Assembly: GCA_020184695.1 (NCBI GenBank)
Contig: JAANOX010000247.1
Span: 62,001-126,000 of the forward strand
Length of the DNA stretch: 64,000 nt
DNA from: Histomonas meleagridis 2922-C6/04-290x
Lineage: Eukaryota; Protista; Parabasalia
Reading direction: 5' to 3'
Below the pieces are notes generated by a model, which saw only the letters and a list, made by a program, of their open reading frames with translations, searched no databases and was not told the DNA's origin. Position numbers and translations under genes: made by a program. Positions 1 to 11,038 of the stretch are shown here, piece after piece; position 1 is the first letter of the stretch, and the number at the start of each line of letters is the position of its first letter.

Positions 1-10
1 TCCATTAGGG

Positions 11-3000
11 ATGAAAGAGGTTTGTAAATTTTCATCCCGAATTCCACCTTTTTCAATTTTTAAATCCAAATTTAATTCCAATAATTCAACAGTTTATGTT
101 GATCAATCATTACAAGGGAGTAGCACCATTGCAGTTTCTATTGAAAGAAATGGTTATTCAGTTTCTTTTACAAATCAACAATCAAATTATTTAATTCTTT
201 CAAATACCACAACATCCGTAGAAAACTATGAAATTCAATCTTTAGATAATACGGACTTGATTTTTCTTAATAACATTGAAGGGATATTTCATGTTTTTTC
301 GCAAAAAGAATCATATGTCCCAAAATCAATATGTCCTCGAGACATCAAAATCACATTTCCATTAAAGCCACTTATAGTATTATTTTTCTTTCTCTTCTTT
401 CTTCGATATATCCAAATTTATTTTTCAAATTATTCGTTCAAACCGATTGAAGGCTTTTGGATCTTTGACAATGACTTAAATCGTATTTATGGGGAGCCAT
501 TACAACCCGATCCAATTCTCAACAAATACATTGGACATGTTCTTAAGCAAACCAAAATCACTAAAGAGCCATCATCGAATTTTGTTCGACTTCGTCGATT
601 CCAACAATATTATGAATTCCAACGAACTACTGCATTTCCTCTTGGGAATTATATCTTAGCAGTTAAATGGTTTGAAACACTTCCACCATATCCAAATCAT
701 GAAGTTCCATTTAGTTGTGAATTTGAATCACAATCGAAACACATTCAAATTATTAACAATCCGAAAATTACATTTGGAGCATTCCGTGAGATTACACCAG
801 TCCATATATCATTTGTCTTACAAGATAATGTTAAATATGTTGTACAATTACCAGCGACAGTATTACCACCATTTCAACCATTAGGAAGAGTTGTTACAGT
901 AATAGAATCTGTGTTATATAACTTGATTAAATTACTTAAGAAAAACCCTTATGTTCATACTAATTTATTTGAAATGGTTGATATTTGTGGAAGATTAACT
1001 AACTGTAAAAGAATATTTTTCTTTTTAGGTACAAATCAATTATTATATCAATTTAATAATGAAAATGTCGAACATTTTGATATGAAATTCATTAATAATA
1101 TCCCATCGAAAGTTGATATTAAAAATGGTTTTGTTTATCATGAAAACTTCTTAGAAGATGGTGATACATGTTTTATTAATGTTATTGAAACGGATGCATT
1201 TAAAATTACATCAATCTTCCAATGTGATTATCAAAGAGAACGAAGTGATGATTACTTTGAAACTCATGGTTTCCCTATAGTTAATGCATGTTGTGTATTC
1301 TTATATCAATTAGCTACTCGAAAAGAAGCGTGTTTACAATTCTCACGTTTTATTAATATATTTTCGAATAATGAAACATTTCATTCATATTTCGAAATTT
1401 TATTACCATCGAATAATATAAATTTGTTTTATTCTAAAGCAATAAAAAGTAAGCCAAATACATTCAAAGAATTATTATCATTATTTAAATCTGTTGATAA
1501 ACAATTAGCTAAATCTATTAAAGAAATCATTAATGAAAAAACAAAAGTTTCTCGACGTGTTATATCATCACAAAATGAAGTTGGATTTAATCAATATTAT
1601 TCATTAACAACAACAATTAAAGAAGATTCAAATCAATTAATTATTATATGTTTAATAGAAATTATTACAATATTCATTGAAAAAGAAATTGAATATGAAA
1701 ACACATTACAAGATTTACAATTAGCTATTGAAACAATGGAAGTTAAGAAGTTCTTTATCTTTAATAAAAAGCCTATTTTAGAAAATGATGAATTATATGA
1801 CGAATTAAATGTTGAAGCATCATCTTCATTAGAATTAGAACAATTAGTTAATAAAAAAGATTTAGAGAAATTCAAAGAATTAATCGAAAAAGGAGGAAAA
1901 CAAACAATTCGATTAAATCGTTTTGATGGGGCACAAATTTGGTATTATATTGCATGTGATGATAAACAAGGATATTTATTTAATGTCCATGAAATAGCAG
2001 ATCCTAAATATCGAATTAATACTATTGATGAAGGATTACAACCTGCAGTATCATCGAACGTAATCTTTTGGGATGTAAATCCTTATACTGAAGCAGTCTC
2101 AAGTATATTTAATCAACCAACTATTTGGGATTCTTTATCTGTTGATCAAGATTGGAAGTTTAATCGAATTGTCGACTTTGTACATCAAGATGAACAAGAA
2201 TTCTTTAATGAGAATTATTATCGATTATTACATGGCGACTTAGATAAATGGAATGGGGAATTACGATTATTACGTTTTAGTGGACAATATGAATGGCATC
2301 GAATTTCGATCTCATGGAATAATAACTTGAAAATTTTACATTGTTTAGCAGTGAATATTCATCAACAAAAAGAAGCTGAAAACAAATTAATCGAATCACA
2401 AACTTTAAGAGATTTATTGTTCTCGAGTGGTAAATTAGCGTTATGGACATTTAGTAATGATAATAATGATATTGAACCAATGCATAAATTCGATTATAGA
2501 TCTACAACTGTGGTTAATATGAATTGGAAATTCATCGACTTATATATACATAACGATTATCGAAACTTATTAAAGGAAAGAATTAAAAGAGCTTTTAAGA
2601 ATGATGAAGCTATCGAAATGGATTTACCTTTAACTCTTGATGATGAAATTTGGGTTTCAATACGTGGGAAAGTTAGAACTAAGTCTCAATTAATTGTTGG
2701 TGTATGTATTGATATAACTGAATTAAGAAATGCTTATAATGAATTAGAAATTGAAAAGAAAAGAGCTGAAGAAGCTAATCGCCAGAAAACAGTCTTTTTA
2801 GCTAATATGTCGCACGAAATTAGAACTCCAATGAATGGAATTTTTGGTATGTTAGATGTCTTAGCTTTACAAGAATTAACGAATGAGCAACGAATTTTGG
2901 TTGATTCTATACGTTCTTCATCATTCCAATTAATGAAATTATTAGATGATACATTAAATATGTCGAAAATTGAACAAGGCCAATTTGAATATAATCCGAC

Positions 3001-4270
3001 TATATTTAACTTAACCAAATTATTTGAGCCTATTTGTATAGCTACATCATCACGTGCTCGTCTAAATCATTTGAAATTTAATTTAATCATTGACAAACAT
3101 TTTCCAATATTAATATATGGCGATTCACAATTTTTTGTCCAAATTATTAATAACCTTTTATCGAATTCATTAAAGTTTACACGTGAAGGATCAATCACAG
3201 TAATTCTTTCATGGGTTGAAGAAGAAGATGGGAAAGAATTATTAGAACTTATTGTCGAAGACACAGGAATAGGAATTGGGAAAGAACAATTACAAGTCAT
3301 TTTTAAGCGATTTTCACAAGCGAATGAATCAGTCGCACGATTTTTCGGAGGCACAGGATTAGGGTTATCATTAGTACAAGACATCTTACATTACATTGGC
3401 GGAAACATTAATTTGGAAAGCGAATTAGGTAAAGGAACAAAGTTCACAGTGCATATGCCATATGAATCTATTTACGTGTATTTCTCGCCAATGTTTACTG
3501 ATGGGAATCGGCATTTAATATTAACATGTATTTATGACCCGATCATTAAGAAGCAACTTGATGAATGGATTCCATATCATAAATATGAGATAAAATCGTT
3601 TGTGGAATCCGATGAAATACTTCAATACTCGAGGTTAGAGAAATGTGTTATAAACGCAATTTTAGTCGAAGGGAATAGTAATAAATGGCCTTCCTTCGCT
3701 AAGGCTGCTTCCGAAATCTCCGGATATAAGCCGCCAATTATATCGATGTGTGAAGCAGGCGAAACGTCGTACTTCAACTTGACGATTGCGAAACCTGTGC
3801 AAATGATTCATTTGATGAACTTGTTGGACGGATTTAGATATCACTTAAAGAACTCAATGCCTTCGTCAAATAGTGACTCAATGAATGATAACGATGGAAT
3901 AGCAAACGTTTTGGTGGTGGAAGACAACAAGAATAACCAGTTCGTGATGAAGAAGATTTTGGAATCTTTGAAATGTAAACACAAAATTGCCGAAAACGGT
4001 TTGGAGGCTATCAAAAAGTTGGAGACTGACACTTTTGACTTGGTGTTCATGGATTGTCAAATGCCAGTGCTTGATGGAATAGAGGCAACAAAGAGAATTA
4101 GAAGATCAAATAAAATTTACGCATCCGTACCAATCATAGCATTGACAGCAAGCGCAATAGAAGGTGATGAACAAACTTGTAGAGAGGCTGGAATGGACGG
4201 ATACATCGCAAAGCCAGTGAGAATTCAACAAATTCATAATATTGTGAAGCAATTTGCAACACGTGGATAA
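11..4270 (+). CDS. Hybrid sensor histidine kinase (TM, probable GAF/PAS-like region, HisKA, HATPase, degenerate receiver, receiver); may be 5'-truncated by the window edge
   Basis: H-box FLANMSHEIRTPMNG, N-box QIINNLLSNSLKF, G1 EDTGIGI, G2 GGTGLGLS. C-terminal REC: VLVVEDN...DLVFMDCQMPVLDG...GMDGYIAKP. Hydrophobic PLIVLFFFLFFL near aa 120-135. The frame is open from position 2, so the true start may lie upstream. Confidence 0.95.
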   Translation: MKEVCKFSSRIPPFSIFKSKFNSNNSTVYVDQSLQGSSTIAVSIERNGYSVSFTNQQSNYLILSNTTTSVENYEIQSLDNTDLIFLNNIEGIFHVFSQKESYVPKSICPRDIKITFPLKPLIVLFFFLFFLRYIQIYFSNYSFKPIEGFWIFDNDLNRIYGEPLQPDPILNKYIGHVLKQTKITKEPSSNFVRLRRFQQYYEFQRTTAFPLGNYILAVKWFETLPPYPNHEVPFSCEFESQSKHIQIINNPKITFGAFREITPVHISFVLQDNVKYVVQLPATVLPPFQPLGRVVTVIESVLYNLIKLLKKNPYVHTNLFEMVDICGRLTNCKRIFFFLGTNQLLYQFNNENVEHFDMKFINNIPSKVDIKNGFVYHENFLEDGDTCFINVIETDAFKITSIFQCDYQRERSDDYFETHGFPIVNACCVFLYQLATRKEACLQFSRFINIFSNNETFHSYFEILLPSNNINLFYSKAIKSKPNTFKELLSLFKSVDKQLAKSIKEIINEKTKVSRRVISSQNEVGFNQYYSLTTTIKEDSNQLIIICLIEIITIFIEKEIEYENTLQDLQLAIETMEVKKFFIFNKKPILENDELYDELNVEASSSLELEQLVNKKDLEKFKELIEKGGKQTIRLNRFDGAQIWYYIACDDKQGYLFNVHEIADPKYRINTIDEGLQPAVSSNVIFWDVNPYTEAVSSIFNQPTIWDSLSVDQDWKFNRIVDFVHQDEQEFFNENYYRLLHGDLDKWNGELRLLRFSGQYEWHRISISWNNNLKILHCLAVNIHQQKEAENKLIESQTLRDLLFSSGKLALWTFSNDNNDIEPMHKFDYRSTTVVNMNWKFIDLYIHNDYRNLLKERIKRAFKNDEAIEMDLPLTLDDEIWVSIRGKVRTKSQLIVGVCIDITELRNAYNELEIEKKRAEEANRQKTVFLANMSHEIRTPMNGIFGMLDVLALQELTNEQRILVDSIRSSSFQLMKLLDDTLNMSKIEQGQFEYNPTIFNLTKLFEPICIATSSRARLNHLKFNLIIDKHFPILIYGDSQFFVQIINNLLSNSLKFTREGSITVILSWVEEEDGKELLELIVEDTGIGIGKEQLQVIFKRFSQANESVARFFGGTGLGLSLVQDILHYIGGNINLESELGKGTKFTVHMPYESIYVYFSPMFTDGNRHLILTCIYDPIIKKQLDEWIPYHKYEIKSFVESDEILQYSRLEKCVINAILVEGNSNKWPSFAKAASEISGYKPPIISMCEAGETSYFNLTIAKPVQMIHLMNLLDGFRYHLKNSMPSSNSDSMNDNDGIANVLVVEDNKNNQFVMKKILESLKCKHKIAENGLEAIKKLETDTFDLVFMDCQMPVLDGIEATKRIRRSNKIYASVPIIALTASAIEGDEQTCREAGMDGYIAKPVRIQQIHNIVKQFATRG

Positions 4271-4843
4271 ATTGTTGTTTTTGATAAGTAAAGGGTTATT
4301 TTATTAAACAAACAAATATTTTTTTTCTGTGAAATTAAAAAATTTTAATCAAGTATTTTTTCATTTATTTGAAGTCTTTTTTCGATTATTACGTCTGAAA
4401 ATATGTATATGATAACAATTAAACAATTAAAAATCGAAAAATTTTAAGTAAAATTAATAATATTATTTATAGAAAAATTTGTGGATATTTCAACTTATCA
4501 TATTTTTTTTAATATTTATTCAAAATTAATTATACGGTAATATTCAAACATTAATTTCTTGCTGATATTTCATATTTACAATCAATTCATTTTGCTGATT
4601 ATTATAATTTGATTAAAATAATCTTTCTATGATAATAGTAATTATCACTTCAAAAAATCTTAACATTAAAGAATCATAATAAATAATAAAATCATGGAAG
4701 ATTTTATAGTGAGTGGCTAGGTGGTTATTGGTTGAATTAAAAAATTCCAGGAAAATTTCTGACATAAATTGAATGTTTTATGATACAAATATGCCAGTTG
4801 TAAAAAAATAAATCATATAATTTTTCAAAAGACTTCAGTTCAC

Positions 4844-5461
4844 ATGAAAAAATACAACTCAGAATCAGGAAAGTTTCTACCTGAAGAGGATGAAATCATT
4901 AAAAAAGCAATGTCTAATAAAGATGAAAGTTTTACGCATTGGAATGAAATACAGAAACTTTTACCTAATAGAACCACAAAACAAATATCAGAAAAATGGA
5001 GAAAGGTGCTTAATCCAAACATCAATAAAAACCCATGGACAAAAGAAGAAGATGATAAATTACGAAATTTCGTCCATAAAAATGGGGATACAAAATGGAA
5101 TCTGATTGGGGAAAGTTTAGGTCGCACAGGAAAACAATGTCGTGAAAGATGGGTTTCAAACCTTCGACCAAACATTAAAAATGATCCATGGACACCAGAA
5201 GAAGAAAATCTACTGGCGGATTGTGTTAAAGAAATGGGTACAAGTTGGAGTAAGATAGTAAAATTTTTCCCTCATCGTTCAGAAAATAATATTAAAAATA
5301 GATGGTACTCTAATTTGAGGAAAAGAAACAAAAAAGTTGAAAAAGTGGGTTTGTCCAGTAATGGTTCTGCAACAAATGACGATGTTACTGAATTTTATTT
5401 TTCATGTAATGACCCATTCAACCAGAGTTTTAACATCATGGATGAAAATTTCTGGATTTGA
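4844..5461 (+). CDS. Three-repeat (R1R2R3) Myb DNA-binding protein
   Basis: Three Myb repeats: KFLPEEDEII...WNEI..LLPNRTTKQISEKW, PWTKEEDDKL...GRTGKQCRERW, PWTPEEENLL...HRSENNIKNRWY. Confidence 0.95.
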   Translation: MKKYNSESGKFLPEEDEIIKKAMSNKDESFTHWNEIQKLLPNRTTKQISEKWRKVLNPNINKNPWTKEEDDKLRNFVHKNGDTKWNLIGESLGRTGKQCRERWVSNLRPNIKNDPWTPEEENLLADCVKEMGTSWSKIVKFFPHRSENNIKNRWYSNLRKRNKKVEKVGLSSNGSATNDDVTEFYFSCNDPFNQSFNIMDENFWI

Positions 5462-5933
5462 CGATATCTGACTGATCTCAAATTTTATATCCAAGTAAAT
5501 GGCATTTGTCAATTAACGTTCTTTGTGCTCTTTTTAACAGTTACTCACCCAACATACAATAATTAAAATTAAAATCATATATTATTGATATTTTGTCATA
5601 TTTGAATAGATATTTATCATATAGGAAGTGAAGTTATACCATGTTCATCAAAATGATACCCATCAAGTGAGGACAAATATACACAGCAATAATGATTAGC
5701 TATTCTTATTTCATAAGTCATATAATTTTGATTGTTCATATAATTCTGCTAATGATGAAATAGTATAAAATTAATCACATTCATGCAAATAGAAAATTTC
5801 ACATATAGAGTAATTGAGAAATAAATACTTATATTTAACAAAAATAAATGATATTTGTTATTGGAACTTTTCGAAATTTATGTTTTAATATTGAATAATT
5901 TTTTTATCGTTTATTCGACGATAGAGTATTTAA

Positions 5934-5941
5934 GTCACTTT
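5934..5941 (-). promoter_or_regulatory. AAAGTGAC word (T. vaginalis M2-like) upstream of the cullin gene
   Basis: GTCACTTT about 93 nt 5' of the ATG at 6034. The same 8-mer occurs upstream of coronin (12552-12559) and both Rabs (19222-19229, 20958-20965). Confidence 0.5.
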
Positions 5942-6033
5942 TCCTAACACTTTAGAACGTTAAAGAGATGTTTCCTCAAGTTCCAACAAGTCCTTATGAA
6001 TAAGATCCCACCAAACAATCAATTTTAGATTTC

Positions 6034-8358
6034 ATGACTCTTAAAAGTTATGATTTTAAAATGAAAGAAGAAGAAATATCAAAAATTTTCTCATCAAATG
6101 AAAACGTTTCAGCAAAAGCTATTTCTTCATTTTTTGGTAGTGTTAATCGAGCTCTTAGACAACATTGCATTCAACAGATTGAACAAATAATTAGTTTAAA
6201 ACGATTAGGTTTTGTCTTTGCTATTCTATCATGTTGGAAAATATATCTTGATACTCTTTGCGAATTATCTGAACAGATTACCTTGTGTTTCAAAGAAAAT
6301 GTTAAAAAAACCAAAACTTCTTTAGCACTTGATTCAATTATCGAACATTTACGTTCTAGTGTGATTCGTATAGGTCTTAGAAATTGGAAGCGTTATATAT
6401 TAGCACAACGAAACATAGGTGCTGAGCTTGATTCCAGTATTTTATTACTTCTTGAAAATCCTGAATTTTATTCGTTTAGTAATGTTAATGTTCCTAATTT
6501 TATTCATACATTATTTTCTATGTTTCCAAATACAATTTCACCTGAAGAAGACTGGATGTTTTTTAATACCACCAAATTAATATCCACGTATTTATGGTTT
6601 TTTTCCAAGCATAAATACCTATATCCAATTGAGGAGAAGCAACACATTAAAGAATGTTCAATAATCGCCGATTCATTATATACCTACATCAAATATTCAC
6701 CCAAATGTTACCATCGTTCCAAACAATATTTGAAGTCCTTTTTCAGTGTATTTCACTTAAACGATTTTACAACCATTCAATTTCCATACAATTATTCAGT
6801 TTTTGATAACCCCGAATATATTCGTATTATGGAAATGATAAGTATATGTGATCAAGAATATTATTTATCTTCTATCATTCCAGAACAAATCAAATATATG
6901 TTAACCTTTAAAACCACATCATTAACAACTAACTTTGATAAAACTATGGAAATATTAGAAACAATATTTTTACCAATGTTTGAAAAAGGAATTAATATTA
7001 TTGAAAAGAATCCAAAACTTGTACATGCATTTGCAGATTCATTTGCTAATGCAATTTTTAGACTAAGTTTCTTATCAGATCCAACATTATTATTTTTAGA
7101 AGATAAACAAGAACATATCCAATGCATATGGAAATTATCATGTCAAATTCCACAATGTGTAACATCATTATCATATGCGTTTATATCATTCCATAAGCCA
7201 TTATTAGAGAAAGCAGTCAAAGCTAAAGATGAAGAACAATTACAAATGTTAGTCGCGAAAATCAATTGGTTAGTTGATGGAGTATTCCAACATCATCCTA
7301 CAATGGTATTAGCACGTAGTACATTATTCATTCCACATCAACGAGATACTGAATTAATAAGTCGAGCACGAGTATTAATTGAACAAGCACAAATTCCGGC
7401 AAGACAAAGTTATAGTATTGCCGAGTTATTTGATATAGTACCATTTGTTAAAAACAAACAATTGTTATTAGATGAAATATCACATTTTATAAAGAACCAA
7501 TTATTATCACAAATATCTCCGTCAGTGGAATTGGAAAAGTCATTAATTGATTCATTAGGGCAATATACAGAAGCAGAATTTATTACTCCGTTACAATCAA
7601 CATTAAAGGAATTCTCTCAAAGATATGATGACTTTAATGTTATTTCTACTGAACATAATTTCGGTAATATTCGGTTCGCCGTTTTATCGAATTTAAAATG
7701 GAAACAAATCGTTAAAAGAGGAATTTTGGAATGTTTCGATGATTTCTCTAAAGAAAGAACATATTTCGAAAACGAATATAAAAAACTAAAGCCACGAAAT
7801 AAGTTAATATGGTGCGATTCTTCATCAGTTGTAGAATGTCGTGCTAAATATGATGGGAAATCACTTTTGTTTTTGTTTAATGGTATCCAATACGCAATAG
7901 TTAACTTTATGTCATATAAGAAAAATACGGCGCTTTCCGATTTAATAAAAAATATTCCAGTCGATGAATTAGAAGAACAATTACAAACATTAGTCGAATA
8001 TAAATTAATCGAAAAAGATCCAAAATCAAGAAAGAAATATCGACTCGCAAAATATTTGCCTTCGAGTTTACATAGGAATTTCGCAAGGAAATATACATCG
8101 GCAGAAAATATTGCGCTGAATCAAATGTTGGAAACTGATCGAAGGAAAACAGTGAACTGTATAATAGTAAGAAACATTAAAAAAAGTGGGAAAAATGGTA
8201 TGTCAATGAATGAAATTATTGATAGTGTGCAAAATGAGGCATTAAATCATTTCTCAGTAACAGCGGAATTTATTAGAGAACAAATGAACGAGTTGGAAGT
8301 AACAAAATATATAAAATTAAAGGAAGAAACTGGTAATGGGTTTGTATTTATACCATAA
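6034..8358 (+). CDS. Divergent cullin-family protein
   Basis: Cullin-homology features (LIWCDSSSVVEC, FNGIQYAIV) and a C-terminal winged-helix/neddylation segment ETDRRKTVNCIIVRNIKK...IREQMNELEVTKYI. Confidence 0.8.
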   Translation: MTLKSYDFKMKEEEISKIFSSNENVSAKAISSFFGSVNRALRQHCIQQIEQIISLKRLGFVFAILSCWKIYLDTLCELSEQITLCFKENVKKTKTSLALDSIIEHLRSSVIRIGLRNWKRYILAQRNIGAELDSSILLLLENPEFYSFSNVNVPNFIHTLFSMFPNTISPEEDWMFFNTTKLISTYLWFFSKHKYLYPIEEKQHIKECSIIADSLYTYIKYSPKCYHRSKQYLKSFFSVFHLNDFTTIQFPYNYSVFDNPEYIRIMEMISICDQEYYLSSIIPEQIKYMLTFKTTSLTTNFDKTMEILETIFLPMFEKGINIIEKNPKLVHAFADSFANAIFRLSFLSDPTLLFLEDKQEHIQCIWKLSCQIPQCVTSLSYAFISFHKPLLEKAVKAKDEEQLQMLVAKINWLVDGVFQHHPTMVLARSTLFIPHQRDTELISRARVLIEQAQIPARQSYSIAELFDIVPFVKNKQLLLDEISHFIKNQLLSQISPSVELEKSLIDSLGQYTEAEFITPLQSTLKEFSQRYDDFNVISTEHNFGNIRFAVLSNLKWKQIVKRGILECFDDFSKERTYFENEYKKLKPRNKLIWCDSSSVVECRAKYDGKSLLFLFNGIQYAIVNFMSYKKNTALSDLIKNIPVDELEEQLQTLVEYKLIEKDPKSRKKYRLAKYLPSSLHRNFARKYTSAENIALNQMLETDRRKTVNCIIVRNIKKSGKNGMSMNEIIDSVQNEALNHFSVTAEFIREQMNELEVTKYIKLKEETGNGFVFIP

Positions 8359-8529
8359 ATTAATTTGTTTGAAAAAATTGTGAATAAAAAATCACAGTAA
8401 AAAAAATCTGTTTTGAATAAATTTATCTTTTCTTTTTATTTCGATGAAGAAGAAGAAATTGAAATGATTTGTAATTTGGGGTGGTTTGACAGACGGTTTT
8501 GGATTAAGGAGGTCTGTTTGGATATTTGA

Positions 8530-8940
8530 ATGTTGGAAACTTTGTGGCTCTTTTTCATCCTTCTGTTAACAACAGGCGCCCTAATCCTCCAGTTGCTAAT
8601 TTTAAACTCATTGGTTGATTTTGAAATTGATCATGTTAACCCACTTGATTTATGCTCAACACTTGAAAAGAGAATTTCACCCATTCTTATCATCCACGCA
8701 GTATCGTCATTCTTCTGTATTCTTTGTATCAAAATTTCATGGCCAGTTCTTTTGATAAATGCTGGAATCGCTGCAGCAATATTTTTCATTAAAAGGAAGA
8801 AGTCAAGGATTTTTGAGCCAATGACAATCGTTCGTGACTTGAAGCAAATCAAAGGAAGGCACATCATCTTTGTTGTTGGATGCTGCTTATCATTTATATA
8901 CTCTTTTGTTCAGATGCTTCTTTCTGCATTTAGCAAGTAA
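8530..8940 (+). CDS. Cornichon-family ER cargo receptor
   Basis: Three hydrophobic segments and the motif DFEIDHVNPLDLC (cf. DLExDYINPxDxC). Confidence 0.85.
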   Translation: MLETLWLFFILLLTTGALILQLLILNSLVDFEIDHVNPLDLCSTLEKRISPILIIHAVSSFFCILCIKISWPVLLINAGIAAAIFFIKRKKSRIFEPMTIVRDLKQIKGRHIIFVVGCCLSFIYSFVQMLLSAFSK

Positions 8941-9076
8941 AAATGTGTACCAAATCTTTAATGTTTTTATTTACCAACATTTTTTTCTCTAAAAAAGAAT
9001 CAAAATTGGAGAACGCCTATCCGATAAATGGTGTGCCCCAAAAGCGGTTATAGCTTTTTCAAAGGAAACTTAAAAA

Positions 9077-9658
9077 ATGAGCATCTCAGAAGAAGAACTT
9101 GCGAAGCAAGCAGAACAACTCGAGGAAGCTCTAAAAGAGGCAAGAGCACAAGTTGAAAGCCTTAAAAAAGAGAAACAAAACCAAACAGAAAAAATCCGAA
9201 ATTTAAAGGAAGTTGTTCGATCCAATGAGAAAACTATAAAAGACATCAAGAAAATGGTGAAGTCCATTCGTGCAAGTTGTAAGAGAGTACAGAAATCCAA
9301 TTCAAAACTTAAAAAGCAGAATAATGAAGATCAATCAGGAGATGGAAGAATAGATGCATCAAAGTACAATGAAATGCGTCAGACACTTGAAAAATTCAAG
9401 TTCGAGCAAGCTAAAGTTAATGATAAGGAAGATAAGCTTGTCCTTGAAGCAATGACCAGATACAAACGCAAGATAAAGCAACTTAAAGCAAACTTCGAAA
9501 CTCTCGAAGAAAGAAAAGATGACAACGATGAATCCACTGAAAATACTGGAAAACAGGTACGTCATAACAATGAAATGCGGAAACTCTTTGTAGACATTCC
9601 AATGTCACCCAGTCTCCAGCTTGTGATCCGAAAGCAAACTCCAGAAGAAAATGACTAA
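9077..9658 (+). CDS. Hypothetical coiled-coil protein
   Basis: 193-aa E/K-rich heptad ORF, with a GCGGTT Myb-type word just upstream. Confidence 0.75.
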   Translation: MSISEEELAKQAEQLEEALKEARAQVESLKKEKQNQTEKIRNLKEVVRSNEKTIKDIKKMVKSIRASCKRVQKSNSKLKKQNNEDQSGDGRIDASKYNEMRQTLEKFKFEQAKVNDKEDKLVLEAMTRYKRKIKQLKANFETLEERKDDNDESTENTGKQVRHNNEMRKLFVDIPMSPSLQLVIRKQTPEEND

Positions 9659-11038
9659 ATAAAAAGTTCATATCAATTTTTGAAATTTTCTAATTTCAAG
9701 TGTGTTGTTTACTATAAAGAATGAATTTATGTTTATTTAAATAATGTTAAAAAATAATTTTTATTTTGATTTTATACATTATATAAAACCGATGTTAGTT
9801 TTGGAAATAGAAATTATACAATTCGATCTATTGTCACTCAGATCCTTATTTGCTAAGAGCACTTTACCTGAATAAATAGTTATTTAGACTTTCTTCTGAT
9901 GCTTCGTTCATAAAATTACTTCTTGTTTTTGTGTCGTGATAATTAAAAATGAACGAGCTGATGTAGATCACTCTTTTTTATGGCTGCTTCATGTCAAGAT
10001 GATTTGGCGGTAACTGATTTAGAAGTTTTTCATATGTTATAGGACCAACAAGAATACTCCTGCTGGGAATTTAAGAACAAACATAGTAATAGTAGAATTT
10101 AATATGTTAATATTAAAGCATATCTCTTTGGCTAGAGTGGTGTAATACATTGTATGAACCAGAACATATTAAAATGTATATGTTCACAGCTTAAAATTGC
10201 AACAATATAAATATATGATGGGAAAACTTTTCCAATATTAAGCCACGTTCCATTGAACTTGGCACATTTGATAATATGATTATTAAAGTTGAATGGGCAA
10301 CTATTCACCACAATGTTCAGGCAAGAACCTTGATACCAATTAAGAAATCTTGCAACACACTTTGAAATTTGTTAACTTTAAACAAAATCCAGATCCCATA
10401 GTGTACGCTTTTTTGAGGGCTGGGCTTTCAGGCAGTCCTCTTTCAGCTAAATACTAAATAAAATACTTTAAATCAAAGGTAATTTTGTTTTATTTAAATC
10501 TTAAAGTACAACAGTAAACAAAGCTAACTTTTTATTCATGATGGAAAACTATTAAAAGTTTATATATTCATATCAATTGTGATTTTTTTTTTTTTTGGAA
10601 TTATTATTTGTTTGTTGAAATATCTAAATATTAATAACCAATAAAATCAATACATATTATATTCAATTATTTTATAGTTTCTTGTTATTTAAAAATTTTG
10701 CTCGAATAAAACCATTAAAGGTAATTAAAAATATGATACCATTTAATTATGAATCAAGTCATTTGTGAATCAACATGTCGCTTTTGTCAAAAACATTTAA
10801 AATCCATATTTGCATTTATCATTAGTCATTCAGCTCAATGAAACCTATAATATTATTTTGTAAGTTTTCCAATGCTGCTAATTCTTGAGAATGCTAATTA
10901 ATTATGATAAATATCAAATTTTTTTCATTTGAGATTTAGTTGCAACAGGTCAAAAACAAAAAATTTGACACATCCAAAAGATACGTTAATTTGAAAAAGA
11001 CGTTTGGATATTTTGAGTGGTTTATTAGAGCCGAACGT

